From Candidatus Saccharimonadota bacterium (GTDB lineage: Bacteria; Patescibacteriota; Saccharimonadia; Saccharimonadales; UBA4665), in contig DAHUYJ010000002.1 in NCBI GenBank assembly GCA_027315225.1, positions 23,889 to 87,888 on the forward strand: a stretch of DNA of 64,000 nucleotides, written 5' to 3'. The notes below the pieces were generated by a model. It had not been told where the DNA came from, made no database searches, and saw only the letters and a program-made list of their open reading frames with translations. The position numbers and the translations under genes were made by a program. This document shows, piece by piece, positions 56,470-64,000 of this stretch; the stretch's first letter is position 1, and each line of letters begins with the position of its first letter.

Positions 56470-56546
56470 GGCGGCGTAGCTCAGCTGGTTAGAGCACAGG
56501 ACTCATAAGCCTGGGGTCAGTGGTTCAAGTCCACTCGCCGCTACCA
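56470..56546 (+). tRNA. tRNA-Met, probable elongator (anticodon CAT), CCA encoded
   Basis: G1-U72 rather than a C-A mismatch. Anticodon arm ACAGGACTCATAAGCCTGGGGTC resembles E. coli metT (ACATCACTCATAATGATGGGGTC). Confidence 0.8.
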
Positions 56547-56590
56547 AGTTTGTTGCACATTTGTTGTTTGTATTATAAAGTGAGCTTGGA

Positions 56591-57079
56591 ATGAGCGTGA
56601 GTGCGGTAGAGCAACATTCGGGACAAGGCCAAAGGGCACGATCGATTCGCGCCTCATGGCTGAGGCTCGCTGACGGTACACCTCTCCCTGCTTTCTGTTG
56701 GCCAATACCGTTCGAACGGGCTTTTACTGAAAAACTCCAAACCGAATGCGCCCCTGAAACCGGGCTGCTTGTAGTGGCGGTTGGAGAAGAAGACGATGTA
56801 GCCCACTACGCCTTTGGTAAGCTAACCTCAACCACCATAGTTGATTCTCTTGGACTGGCAACGAACGGCATCAAGCGCCTCAGCAACGAGCACCGGGCCG
56901 CATTCGACGAAGCATTTGAAGAACTCATAGGTAACCCCGGTATGGGCGACACGAATGTCCTGGTGATGACTGTAGACCCGCAAGACCTAAGCAAAAATTC
57001 CCTGGCGCACTTCGGCCCTAGGGAAATTCCGGAGATGGCTCCGCAGTTGGGTGTCCTGGCCGCCAGGTTAGCGGCGTAA
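56591..57079 (+). CDS. Hypothetical protein (162 aa)
   Basis: Only long ORF in this interval, followed by a strong terminator. No recognisable family. Confidence 0.5.
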   Translation: MSVSAVEQHSGQGQRARSIRASWLRLADGTPLPAFCWPIPFERAFTEKLQTECAPETGLLVVAVGEEDDVAHYAFGKLTSTTIVDSLGLATNGIKRLSNEHRAAFDEAFEELIGNPGMGDTNVLVMTVDPQDLSKNSLAHFGPREIPEMAPQLGVLAARLAA

Positions 57080-57098
57080 TTAGCTGGCGTAACTAAAG

Positions 57099-57130
57099 GA
57101 CCCGGCCTCTCGCAAAACCGGGTCTTTTTT
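57099..57130 (+). terminator. Rho-independent terminator
   Basis: GACCCGG-12 nt loop-CCGGGTC followed by TTTTTT. Confidence 0.7.
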
Positions 57131-57142
57131 GAGTCTTTGGCG

Positions 57143-57235
57143 TTAGAGCTTTTTGAGCAGCCGATCAATCTTGATGAAAAGACTGTGGTCGGCCGTATTG
57201 ACAAGCTCAAACGCCAAGCCGCTGGTGGCTTTCAT
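57143..57235 (-). CDS. Candidate 30-aa protein (below ORF-track cutoff)
   Basis: ATG is preceded by AAGGAG (11 nt spacing) and a consensus promoter. Peptide MKATSGLAFELVNTADHSLFIKIDRLLKKL. Confidence 0.4.
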   Translation of the reverse strand: MKATSGLAFELVNTADHSLFIKIDRLLKKL

Positions 57236-57300
57236 GCCGTAAGTGGCTCCTTGTTTTTATATTTGTAAAGGTTTTTGTTTGTGATCACGAAACAGTTCTC

Positions 57301-57328
57301 ATTATACACAATTTTGTTATTTTGTCAA
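57301..57328 (-). promoter_or_regulatory. Near-consensus sigma70 promoter (minus strand) for the 30-codon ORF
   Basis: Minus strand TTGACA (57323-57328), 16 nt, TATAAT (57301-57306). Flanked by the 9-bp inverted repeat ACGAAACAG (57287-57295) / CTGTTTCGT (57343-57351). Confidence 0.55.
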
Positions 57329-57412
57329 AACGTGTACGCGATCTGTTTCGTACGACCTCGCTTATCATGATACCTTTTATGTTTATCTGCTGGCAATGTT
57401 ATAAATCACGGA

Positions 57413-57769
57413 TTACGTTGTGCTTTTTACAGATCGGCTGGTCGTCCAAACCAATACTACAGCGACTACAAGAAGCAGCCCCGAGAACCCGAGAAGTACC
57501 GGGTTAATATGATGCTTAGAGGGAATAGTCAGGTCGGCCGAAGTAGCCGGTGTTGTCGCGGCCACAGAGTTCAGGTTAACTGTCGACAACGGTGTATTGT
57601 GCAGCGTTTGGCCCTGTCCGCTATTCAATAGCGCAGTGGCCGTGCCCGGCTGTACATTGCTTTGGTTAGCGGAACCGGCTGTTGCTGGTGGCTGTGAAGC
57701 TGTCTGCGGATCCTGCGTTACCGTTTGGGAGCCTGAACTGGTTGTAGCGCTAAGCGAATCGTTGGGCAT
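57413..57769 (-). CDS. Hypothetical S/T/Q-rich protein with C-terminal TM anchor (118 aa)
   Basis: Low-complexity N-terminal two thirds, then C-terminal helix VLLGFSGLLLVVAVVLVW. TACAAT lies 8 nt upstream of the ATG. Confidence 0.42.
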   Translation of the reverse strand: MPNDSLSATTSSGSQTVTQDPQTASQPPATAGSANQSNVQPGTATALLNSGQGQTLHNTPLSTVNLNSVAATTPATSADLTIPSKHHINPVLLGFSGLLLVVAVVLVWTTSRSVKSTT

Positions 57770-57837
57770 TCCCGTCTATTGTAAAGCAATCCGCCCAAAA
57801 CGCACATCGATTAGGGGGTTGTCCAGCTTGTCTGCTA

Positions 57838-58650
57838 TTACTCTAATATAACCGCGCTTTGCCACGCGCTTAATGCCTGGGCCGGATTCTCTTCGCGCAC
57901 CAGTGACGTGCCTATAAGTACGGCATCAACCGCCAGTTCCCGGAGCATGCCCATGTGCCGCGGCTCCCTTACGCTGTAGCCACTCTCGGCCACTACGGTA
58001 ACGTCTTTCGGCACCATCCCTATAAGCCCACGGGCAGTATCCGTGTCAACTCGCATGGTACTAAGATCACGGTTGTTGATACCGAGCAACCGCGTGCCGA
58101 TTTCCAGGGCCCGGCACAGCTCTGCCTCGTTATGAACCTCTACCAGACAATCCAGGCCTATGGCTTCAGCCTCTTCGTGCAGGTCCTTAAGCTTATCGTC
58201 GGAGAGCCCGCCCGCTATTAATAATGCGGCGTCCGCGCCGAAGGCTTTGGCCTGATAAAGCTGGTACTCCCTGTCGATAAAGTCTTTGCGCAGGATTGGC
58301 AGGTCCACGGCTTGCCTGGCCTCAACCAGGTCTTCTATGCTGCCGCCAAAATGAATCCTCTGAGTTAAGATAGAAACGGCGGCAGCACCGCCCTTTTGGT
58401 ACTGTTCGACTGTCCAAGTCACGCCAAGCCCAGGTCCAATCTGGCCCTCACTCGGAGATTTGCGTTTGTGCTCGGCTATAACAGCCACGCCGTCTTCGGC
58501 CGTCAGAGCATCCGCGAAGCCGGAACGGCCGTCGGGTAGTTCGGCAATCATCCACTCCAAATCTTGGAGCGGCGTATCTTGTTCATAAGCCCCGGCCTCG
58601 AGCCTGGCTGCCATGTAATACGGTTCCAGCTGTTCGAGTGTGTTCATCAT
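57838..58650 (-). CDS. trpC: Indole-3-glycerol-phosphate synthase (TrpC), no other trp genes nearby
   Basis: VIAEHKRKSPSEG, ILRKDFIDREYQLYQA..GADA.LLI, LVEVHNE, GINNRDL and VAESG are collinear with the E. coli IGPS domain. Confidence 0.85.
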   Translation of the reverse strand: MMNTLEQLEPYYMAARLEAGAYEQDTPLQDLEWMIAELPDGRSGFADALTAEDGVAVIAEHKRKSPSEGQIGPGLGVTWTVEQYQKGGAAAVSILTQRIHFGGSIEDLVEARQAVDLPILRKDFIDREYQLYQAKAFGADAALLIAGGLSDDKLKDLHEEAEAIGLDCLVEVHNEAELCRALEIGTRLLGINNRDLSTMRVDTDTARGLIGMVPKDVTVVAESGYSVREPRHMGMLRELAVDAVLIGTSLVREENPAQALSAWQSAVILE

Positions 58651-58715
58651 ACATTATTCACTTAGTGTAACTACTATACTTTTTGACCCAAGTTTTGCAA
58701 GCATAACCAAAATGG

Positions 58716-59516
58716 CTATTGAGAGGGCTCGCCCAAACTTATCAGGTACAGTGCACCATAAAGTCCGGCCTCTTCCCCGTATTCGGCCTGACATATGTCG
58801 AGACGCCGGAAATTTGGGTGATCGGACTTGAGTTCAGTAAAGACTTGCTTGAGACGGGGCCACTGCTTGACAGCGACGCCGCCACCTAATACCAGGCGCG
58901 GCGGCTCTAGCCCTATAATAAACTTGAGGAGGTGGTCATAAAAATCCTTCATGACCATTGCCCACTCTGTCTCAGAAAAATCAGCCATGGGTTTGCCAAA
59001 AGTTTTTGCGACCCATTTGCCGCCGCAATCCTGCTGCCACTGCTGGCAATACGCGGCGTGTTCGGCGTCGCTGATCTTCTGCACGGCCGGTCCATCCTGC
59101 AGGTAGGCCACCCGTGCCGCGCCAATCCCTGTGCCGCATGTAATGTAAAAGAAGTCATTCTTTTGCCCGCCGACAAGCGCCTCGCTGAGAGCACCGCAGT
59201 ACTGGTCGCCGTTGACGGCTACCTGGCAACGAAAAGTGTCAGCCAGTTTGGTACCAATCGGCTGATCGATCCATTGGGGGGCGCTGCGCGAAGCGCTGAT
59301 TCCGGTTTTTTGGGCATTGAGACGGCCCATCATGCCGATACCGATTCCCTCTATCTGTCGGCTAAGGTCTTGTATGGCACGGATTATGGCAGTCTCGTTT
59401 ACTGCGTAGTCCTGACTATTCGGCAATACCCTTTTCTCTACAAGTTTGGGACTTTTGGATGATTCGGATGAAGCGACCCTGATGTTCGTGCCCCCGATGT
59501 CAATGCCAATATACAT
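58716..59516 (-). CDS. ROK/actin-fold sugar-kinase-like protein
   Basis: MYIGIDIGGTNIRVA phosphate-1 motif, then TCGTGIGAA. Substrate unknown. Confidence 0.58.
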   Translation of the reverse strand: MYIGIDIGGTNIRVASSESSKSPKLVEKRVLPNSQDYAVNETAIIRAIQDLSRQIEGIGIGMMGRLNAQKTGISASRSAPQWIDQPIGTKLADTFRCQVAVNGDQYCGALSEALVGGQKNDFFYITCGTGIGAARVAYLQDGPAVQKISDAEHAAYCQQWQQDCGGKWVAKTFGKPMADFSETEWAMVMKDFYDHLLKFIIGLEPPRLVLGGGVAVKQWPRLKQVFTELKSDHPNFRRLDICQAEYGEEAGLYGALYLISLGEPSQ

Positions 59517-59537
59517 GGATGTTAGTATACTTGATAT

Positions 59538-60380
59538 ATGCTTTTGACGTTCGTCTCACAAAACCTACAGTATGCCGGCCGAAGCGATGGCGACGGTAAT
59601 CCAGAGAACCGCTGGCCGCTGCTCGTTGAAAGGATAAAAAGCGTTTCGCCGGCTCCCGACTTCCTGCTGCTGCAGGAAACCTGGAACTGGAATAAATTCG
59701 GTCACAAGTACTTGGCCCAAGCGGTGAGCGATCTCGGAATGGAAGCATTGCCGCTGCCGCCGGCCAATTCGGGTAACGGGACAGCGCTATTGTATCGGTC
59801 TTCAACCGTAGGGCATTGGAAACGCTGGAACACTGACCACAGCGAACCGACGCTACACGGATTCGGCGTAGCCGCTTTTGATGTCGGCCTGTCTCATCTG
59901 CTTGATGTCGTATCGGCGCACACTATCCCTTTTAGCTCTGACATGGCACTGCAGGAAGCCGGATTGATCACCACACGCGCTTATAAATACAGCCCTCTCG
60001 CCATCATCGGTGGTGATTGCAACTATCCGCCCGGCCGCGGGCCGGAGCCGAATTATAGTGTTATGAAGCCGTACAACTTGGCCGCCCGGACTCTGCTCGC
60101 CGACCCGAGCAAAAACGAACCGCGCACCCCGGATCGGCGACAAGCCTGGAAGCTGGAGCAGTCCGGCTTTGTTGACGTTGCGTACCGCTTGTTCGAAAAA
60201 ACCGGTGACGAAAAGTTGCTGGAGCGAACAGCGTCCGACGATCGGATTGACCAGTTTTGGGTGAGCAAACCTCTTGCCACGGCGATCATCAGCTACCACG
60301 TGATTGACGAGCCAAGTGGTGCCAGCGACCACAAAGGGATTGTGTTTCAGCTGGACACGGATTTAGTTGGACACGCTTAG
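59538..60380 (+). CDS. Endonuclease/exonuclease/phosphatase (EEP) family protein
   Basis: SQNLQ..., LLLQET and a C-terminal SDHKGIV motif. TATACT lies 6 nt upstream of the ATG. Confidence 0.72.
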   Translation: MLLTFVSQNLQYAGRSDGDGNPENRWPLLVERIKSVSPAPDFLLLQETWNWNKFGHKYLAQAVSDLGMEALPLPPANSGNGTALLYRSSTVGHWKRWNTDHSEPTLHGFGVAAFDVGLSHLLDVVSAHTIPFSSDMALQEAGLITTRAYKYSPLAIIGGDCNYPPGRGPEPNYSVMKPYNLAARTLLADPSKNEPRTPDRRQAWKLEQSGFVDVAYRLFEKTGDEKLLERTASDDRIDQFWVSKPLATAIISYHVIDEPSGASDHKGIVFQLDTDLVGHA

Positions 60381-60387
60381 TCGCTAC

Positions 60388-61251
60388 TTAGGCAGACGGG
60401 ATCGAGAGTAACACTACGCCAACTATCATGAGCAGCGCAGCGACTGCTTCAAGGCGATTCAGTTTCTCTCTGAAGAAGTAGGCGGCCAGCAGTAACGACA
60501 GTAGTGCCACTGAGTTGCTCAAAGCCGCAACAATGCCGACATTAAATTTGCTTACACCTACTGTGAACGCAACAGTCCCAATAACAATAGCTACCCCATT
60601 GCCAATTACTTTTGGGCTGAAAGCCTGGTCATACGGTATGCGCTGGCGACCAACTAATAAGTGCACCCCCGCTGCAGCCGTTACGCCGAGTTCTGCCAGA
60701 AAAGCTGATAGCCACGGACCTAGAGCCCGCGTAGGATACACTAGCGCAAAGTAAAACACACCCCAGCCCGCCGCAGCGAGAAGCGCATACGGCACTCCGC
60801 CAGCAAGGCTGACAAGTTTGGAGCCCTTAAGGCTTTTGGGATTAACCGAAGCGCCTATGTTCGCCACGACTATAAGGGCTACCGCAAACCATCGGAGCAT
60901 ACTAATGGGCGTTTCCAGAATAAAGAATGACAAGAGTACAGCAACCAACGGTGAGCAGCTGGCAATTGGCGAGACTATTCCGACCCTGCTTATCTTTATG
61001 CCGTGCGTAAATGCCAATGCCGGCAAGTAACCGAATGCTCCGAGAAGCAAAGCATAGAAAACATAATGCAGGTCATGCAGACGGTTGAGGTCGTAGACAG
61101 ACGCCACGGCGAGCAGCGTGATAACCGTCAACCCTCTTAAGAATATGAGTTGTGCGTTTCCGAATTTTCTTGCCAAAGGTTGGGCGGAAACATTAGAGAC
61201 CGCGTATCCAGACATGGACAACAAGCCAAACAATACTGCCAGCGTAACCAT
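60388..61251 (-). CDS. DMT-superfamily (EamA-like) transporter
   Basis: 10 TM helices in two EamA-like halves. Confidence 0.75.
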   Translation of the reverse strand: MVTLAVLFGLLSMSGYAVSNVSAQPLARKFGNAQLIFLRGLTVITLLAVASVYDLNRLHDLHYVFYALLLGAFGYLPALAFTHGIKISRVGIVSPIASCSPLVAVLLSFFILETPISMLRWFAVALIVVANIGASVNPKSLKGSKLVSLAGGVPYALLAAAGWGVFYFALVYPTRALGPWLSAFLAELGVTAAAGVHLLVGRQRIPYDQAFSPKVIGNGVAIVIGTVAFTVGVSKFNVGIVAALSNSVALLSLLLAAYFFREKLNRLEAVAALLMIVGVVLLSIPSA

Positions 61252-61302
61252 GAGGCTAGTGTAGCATCCGAAAAACTAAAGCATATATGCCACAGAACAA
61301 AC

Positions 61303-61323
61303 AAAAACCCGACTAACGTCGGG
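61303..61323 (-). terminator. Terminator after initiator tRNA (minus strand)
   Basis: CCCGAC-taac-GTCGGG hairpin, followed on the minus strand by TTTTTGTTTG. Confidence 0.6.
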
Positions 61324-61332
61324 CTCTTGTTT

Positions 61333-61407
61333 TGGTTGCGGGGGCAGGACTCGAACCTGCGACCTCGTGGTTATGAGCCACGCGAGCTGCCGCTGCTCCA
61401 CCCCGCG
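61333..61407 (-). tRNA. Initiator tRNA-fMet (anticodon CAT), CCA encoded
   Basis: Reverse complement CGCGGGGTGGAGCAGC...CTCATAA...CCCCGCAACCA. C1-A72 mismatch and near-identity of the acceptor and D regions to E. coli tRNA-fMet. Confidence 0.9.
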
Positions 61408-61467
61408 TCGATAGTCTGGCTATTGTATCGAACAGAGGTAATTTTGTCAATCGCCGGGCCAACTGGA

Positions 61468-61929
61468 TCAATTGCTGGTAGCTGTGCTTTGCCGGTGCAA
61501 GAAGAAATCAACCCAGGACCGGAAGTTATTCTGGTAGGCGGATTGCTTAATCTGTGCGCTTGCCGTTTTAGATTGGCCGGGCATTGCGACAGTGTAGGAC
61601 AGTGCTACCTGTCTGGGTACCAGGATTTCTTTCTCTCCAGGCGCTGCCAGGCCGAAATTTTGTCGGGCCGAGAGCTCCAGGTACTGGTTGCTCTTATAGT
61701 ATTGGTTCTGCAGCGCGAGGTTGTCGTTCTGAAGTTTTTGGATGGCGTTTTGCTGCTTTATAGCCGCAATTTGTTTTTGCAAGCTGTAATTCAACTGGAT
61801 AGCTTTGACCCCGCTCCAACTGATAAGCAAGACGATAACCACAAAGATCACCTGTCCGGCGAAGCGGACGTCATTGAGGCGCCTGATAAAGAGCGTCGCC
61901 TTATCCAGATAATATTTTTTTGTTTGCAT
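61468..61929 (-). CDS. ftsB: Septum formation initiator (FtsB/DivIC family)
   Basis: N-terminal TM followed by a Q/N/L-rich coiled coil (IAAIKQQNAIQKLQNDNLALQNQ) and the YLELSARQNFGL motif. Confidence 0.65.
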   Translation of the reverse strand: MQTKKYYLDKATLFIRRLNDVRFAGQVIFVVIVLLISWSGVKAIQLNYSLQKQIAAIKQQNAIQKLQNDNLALQNQYYKSNQYLELSARQNFGLAAPGEKEILVPRQVALSYTVAMPGQSKTASAQIKQSAYQNNFRSWVDFFLHRQSTATSN

Positions 61930-62027
61930 AAACCGCCTGTAGCATTATATAAGTTTCGTCCATATTCTGCTATACTCTCATCTGTTACCGTGCATAATGC
62001 AGCTATCGCAAAGCACGTATCGCAGCC

Positions 62028-62103
62028 GGGGGTGTAGCTCATCGGTTAGAGCAGGCGGCTCATAACCGCTTGGTAGTTGGTTCGATTCCAACCACCCCCA
62101 CCA
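62028..62103 (+). tRNA. tRNA with CAT anticodon, probably tRNA-Ile2 (lysidine-modified), CCA encoded
   Basis: Anticodon arm GCAGGCGGCTCATAACCGCTTGGT closely matches E. coli ileX (GCAGGCGACTCATAATCGCTTGGT) and the B. subtilis Ile2 pattern CGGCTCATAACCG. Confidence 0.75.
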
Positions 62104-62354
62104 CGCTTGTTAATGAAAATGTCTTGATTACGTACGTGAGAAAAATTAAAAAACTTAATTTCCTTGTAATTATTTTTTGCCTCCGTTAACAGGGGCAATT
62201 TGTCGCTCAAGGGGTTAAAGAACGATTGTATCTGTAAAATATTTAGCTTAACCTATTTGACAAGCGGCGTTATAATTACATATGGATTAAATAATAATTA
62301 ACTTCTTCTTTCTCTTACAATTTCATTAACAATTTAATAATAAGGAAAAACAAA

Positions 62355-62864
62355 ATGAGCGGGGATACTGCACTGGCGGCCCAGCCAGGCGAATACATGG
62401 GCAGGATAAACCATTATGACAAGGATAGCCACGAATTCTTAGGGAGCGTGGGCATTTTGGAGCAGGGTGTGCTTCCTGAAAAAAGCATCCTGGCTTCGTC
62501 AAACACTCAAGCGTATATAGCTACCCGGCGAATCCCGGAGGTTGGTACAGAAGAAATAGTCATAGCCTTGAGGGATGATGACTCAAAAACGGTGATCGAC
62601 CTAGGAACTCGTCTCCATCAATCCGAGCCTGAAAGTGCTGAGGGTATTACGACCACGGATATAGACCCCGATCCGGAATTACTGAAAGGAGCCCTGTCAG
62701 TAGCTATGAAGGTCGGGAAGCGCTCAATAGGTGTGCTTAGCGAAGACGTCCAGGTTGCCGACCCAGCGGTTTTGGAAATTGCCGGCTTTAAGATGGACGA
62801 GTCCGGCGCGTATGTCTTCAGGCCTGATAGTGGGCCTGTTGAGTCTCCGCCACGAGTCTGGTAA
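62355..62864 (+). CDS. Hypothetical acidic protein (169 aa)
   Basis: SD AAGGAAAA. Preceded by a 250-bp AT-rich tract. 3' end overlaps the convergent dus gene by 47 nt. No recognisable family. Confidence 0.4.
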   Translation: MSGDTALAAQPGEYMGRINHYDKDSHEFLGSVGILEQGVLPEKSILASSNTQAYIATRRIPEVGTEEIVIALRDDDSKTVIDLGTRLHQSEPESAEGITTTDIDPDPELLKGALSVAMKVGKRSIGVLSEDVQVADPAVLEIAGFKMDESGAYVFRPDSGPVESPPRVW

Positions 62865-63825
62865 GCTCTTCGGTGTCGCGGGCCTTCATCAGCCGTTCGC
62901 GCAGCTCCTTGGCACCATCGAAGCCGTTTATATAAATCTTGCAAAATTTGTTAAGGGTGTGGATGGGCCGTTCCCCGTCCTGCCAAGTTTTGGTGAACAG
63001 CTGGACTTGTTTGCGGTACAGTGCAATCCGCTTGTCGGCCGAATGGTCCGGCCATGGGCTATTGCCGGCAAATATAAACGGATCCTGGAACACGCCGCGG
63101 CCGATCATAACGCCGTCCAGCCTGTACCGCTCGGCCAGTTCCAGGCCTTGCCGGCGGCTCTGTACGTCGCCGTTGCCGACAATCAATGTGTCCGGCGCCA
63201 AGCGATCGCGCAGTTCTCGGGCCTGGCCGATTATGCCCCAATCAGCGGGAACTTTGCTCATCTGGCGCTTGGTCCGGCCGTGGAGTGTCAGCATTTGTAG
63301 GCCTTGGCCGAGTAAAAACTCAATCCAGGTCATGTCCACTTCATTAAATCCGGTGCGCGTTTTGACGCTCAGCGGCAACATGTCGGCTAGGCCTTGGCGT
63401 GTGGCCTCGATGATTCCGCACGCCCGCGGGCGATCATTAATAAGCGCTGAGCAGGTGCCGTTATTGACCTCGGACTTTTGCGGACAGCCCATGTTGAGGT
63501 CGACTCCTGCAAAGTTCACCCCAACCGGCAGGCCCAGCTCACGGGCGAATGTGCCGTCAGCAAGTTCTCGGGCGGTTTTATAAAAATTTTCTGGTTCTTT
63601 ACCCCAGATTTGCGCTATCAGTGGCCGCTCGCCCGGGGTAAACCTCAGCTTTTTAAGCAGCTTGAGGCGGCCGGGGCTTTGCAATCCGTCGGCATTCACA
63701 AACTCTGTAAAATTCAGGTCCGGCGGCGCACAGCCAGCCACAATTTGGCGAAACACCGTGTCCGTGACGTCATCCATGGGCGCCAACACAAAGAACGGTT
63801 TTGGTAACTTACTCAGATAACTCAT
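62818..63825 (-). CDS. dus: tRNA-dihydrouridine synthase (Dus family)
   Basis: FFVLAPMDDVTD, DLNMGCP and TLHGRT motifs of the FMN-dependent Dus TIM barrel. Confidence 0.9.
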   Translation of the reverse strand: MSYLSKLPKPFFVLAPMDDVTDTVFRQIVAGCAPPDLNFTEFVNADGLQSPGRLKLLKKLRFTPGERPLIAQIWGKEPENFYKTARELADGTFARELGLPVGVNFAGVDLNMGCPQKSEVNNGTCSALINDRPRACGIIEATRQGLADMLPLSVKTRTGFNEVDMTWIEFLLGQGLQMLTLHGRTKRQMSKVPADWGIIGQARELRDRLAPDTLIVGNGDVQSRRQGLELAERYRLDGVMIGRGVFQDPFIFAGNSPWPDHSADKRIALYRKQVQLFTKTWQDGERPIHTLNKFCKIYINGFDGAKELRERLMKARDTEELTRLVAETQQAHYQA

Positions 63826-63856
63826 GCTTCTACTGTAGCGGAAATCCTGGTACAGC

Positions 63857-64000
63857 CTAACGTCACCAAACGTTAGGGTCGTCGCTCGGCCCCCTGCCTT
63901 GAGCTATCGCTTGCTGACGCGGGGAAAGGCGGTGGCTCGCCCGATGTTTTTTGGCGGCAGCCGCTTTGGCTAGACCGTTGGTGCTAAGGCCGTCCTCCAC
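63857..64000 (-). CDS. Possible 3' end of a gene that starts beyond the window
   Basis: Only one of six frames is open from the window edge (47 codons, ending TGA at 63857-63859). Too short to identify. Confidence 0.25.

Noticed and set aside
62028-62400. Integrated element at the tRNA 3' end (att-site duplication)
   Set aside because: No direct repeat of the tRNA 3' segment (GGTTCGATTCCAACCACCCCC) and no integrase or recombinase gene occurs in the downstream sequence available.
63826-64000. Window end ...GGCCGTCCTCCAC resembles a tmRNA or tRNA-like 3' end (CCTCCACCA), and GGAAAGGCGGTGG vaguely recalls the RNase P P4 region
   Set aside because: No T-arm (GGTTCGAAT-like) precedes it, and the RNase P core motif GAGGAAAGTCCGGGC is not matched. 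A single open minus-strand frame suggests the tail of a protein gene instead.
1-64000. CRISPR arrays, rRNA operons, transposases, integrases, phage genes or recognisable defence systems
   Set aside because: Reading both strands revealed no regularly spaced direct repeats, no rRNA-like sequence, and no ORF with transposase, integrase, Cas or restriction-enzyme hallmarks.

Overview
This 64 kb window reads as a compact, gene-dense bacterial chromosome segment. GC content is about 50%, genetic code 11 applies (TGA is used as a stop), and many start/stop codons overlap. I annotated about 70 protein genes and 9 tRNA genes, and found no rRNA, CRISPR array or recognisable mobile element.

Most of the content is housekeeping:
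- murA (3' part), the rny-ymdB neighbourhood, recA-recX and tsaB/tsaE.
- A comEC-yebC-ruvC-ruvA-ruvB block with two interleaved enzyme genes.
- An hrcA-grpE-dnaK-dnaJ heat-shock operon with two CIRCE operators.
- prs, gmk, lepA, radC, murJ, ftsH, tilS, rdgB, ftsB and dus.

The accessory and envelope content is more interesting:
- A complete-looking Gram-positive-style type IV pilus locus (pilB, pilC, a major pilin, three minor-pilin-like genes, pilM/N/O and an unknown gene), with no secretin gene in the window.
- A sortase next to a beta-helix surface protein, and a lamin-tail-domain protein.
- A TMEM43-like plus scramblase-like pair bracketed by two tRNA-Pro genes.
- A PrsW protease plus zinc-ribbon membrane protein pair.
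- A P1B ATPase with a TPCP motif.
- A rimK/rimB-like pair divergent from a GGDEF gene.
- An orphan trpC and an orphan YefM-like antitoxin.

The gene repertoire and reduced domain architectures (short HrcA, TsaB and ComEC) suggest a small-genome Patescibacteria/Saccharibacteria-like organism. This is inference only.

Sequence-level observations:
- A recurrent '-10 box, 6-10 nt, ATG' leaderless architecture.
- An identical 16-nt promoter/leader box before separate tRNA genes.
- Two unknown ORFs embedded in the heat-shock operon.
- A 30-codon ORF behind a consensus promoter.
- All nine tRNAs encode their 3' CCA.

All product calls come from motif and pattern recognition without database searches. 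Start codons are best guesses, because the supplied ORF track extends to the longest ATG/GTG/TTG.
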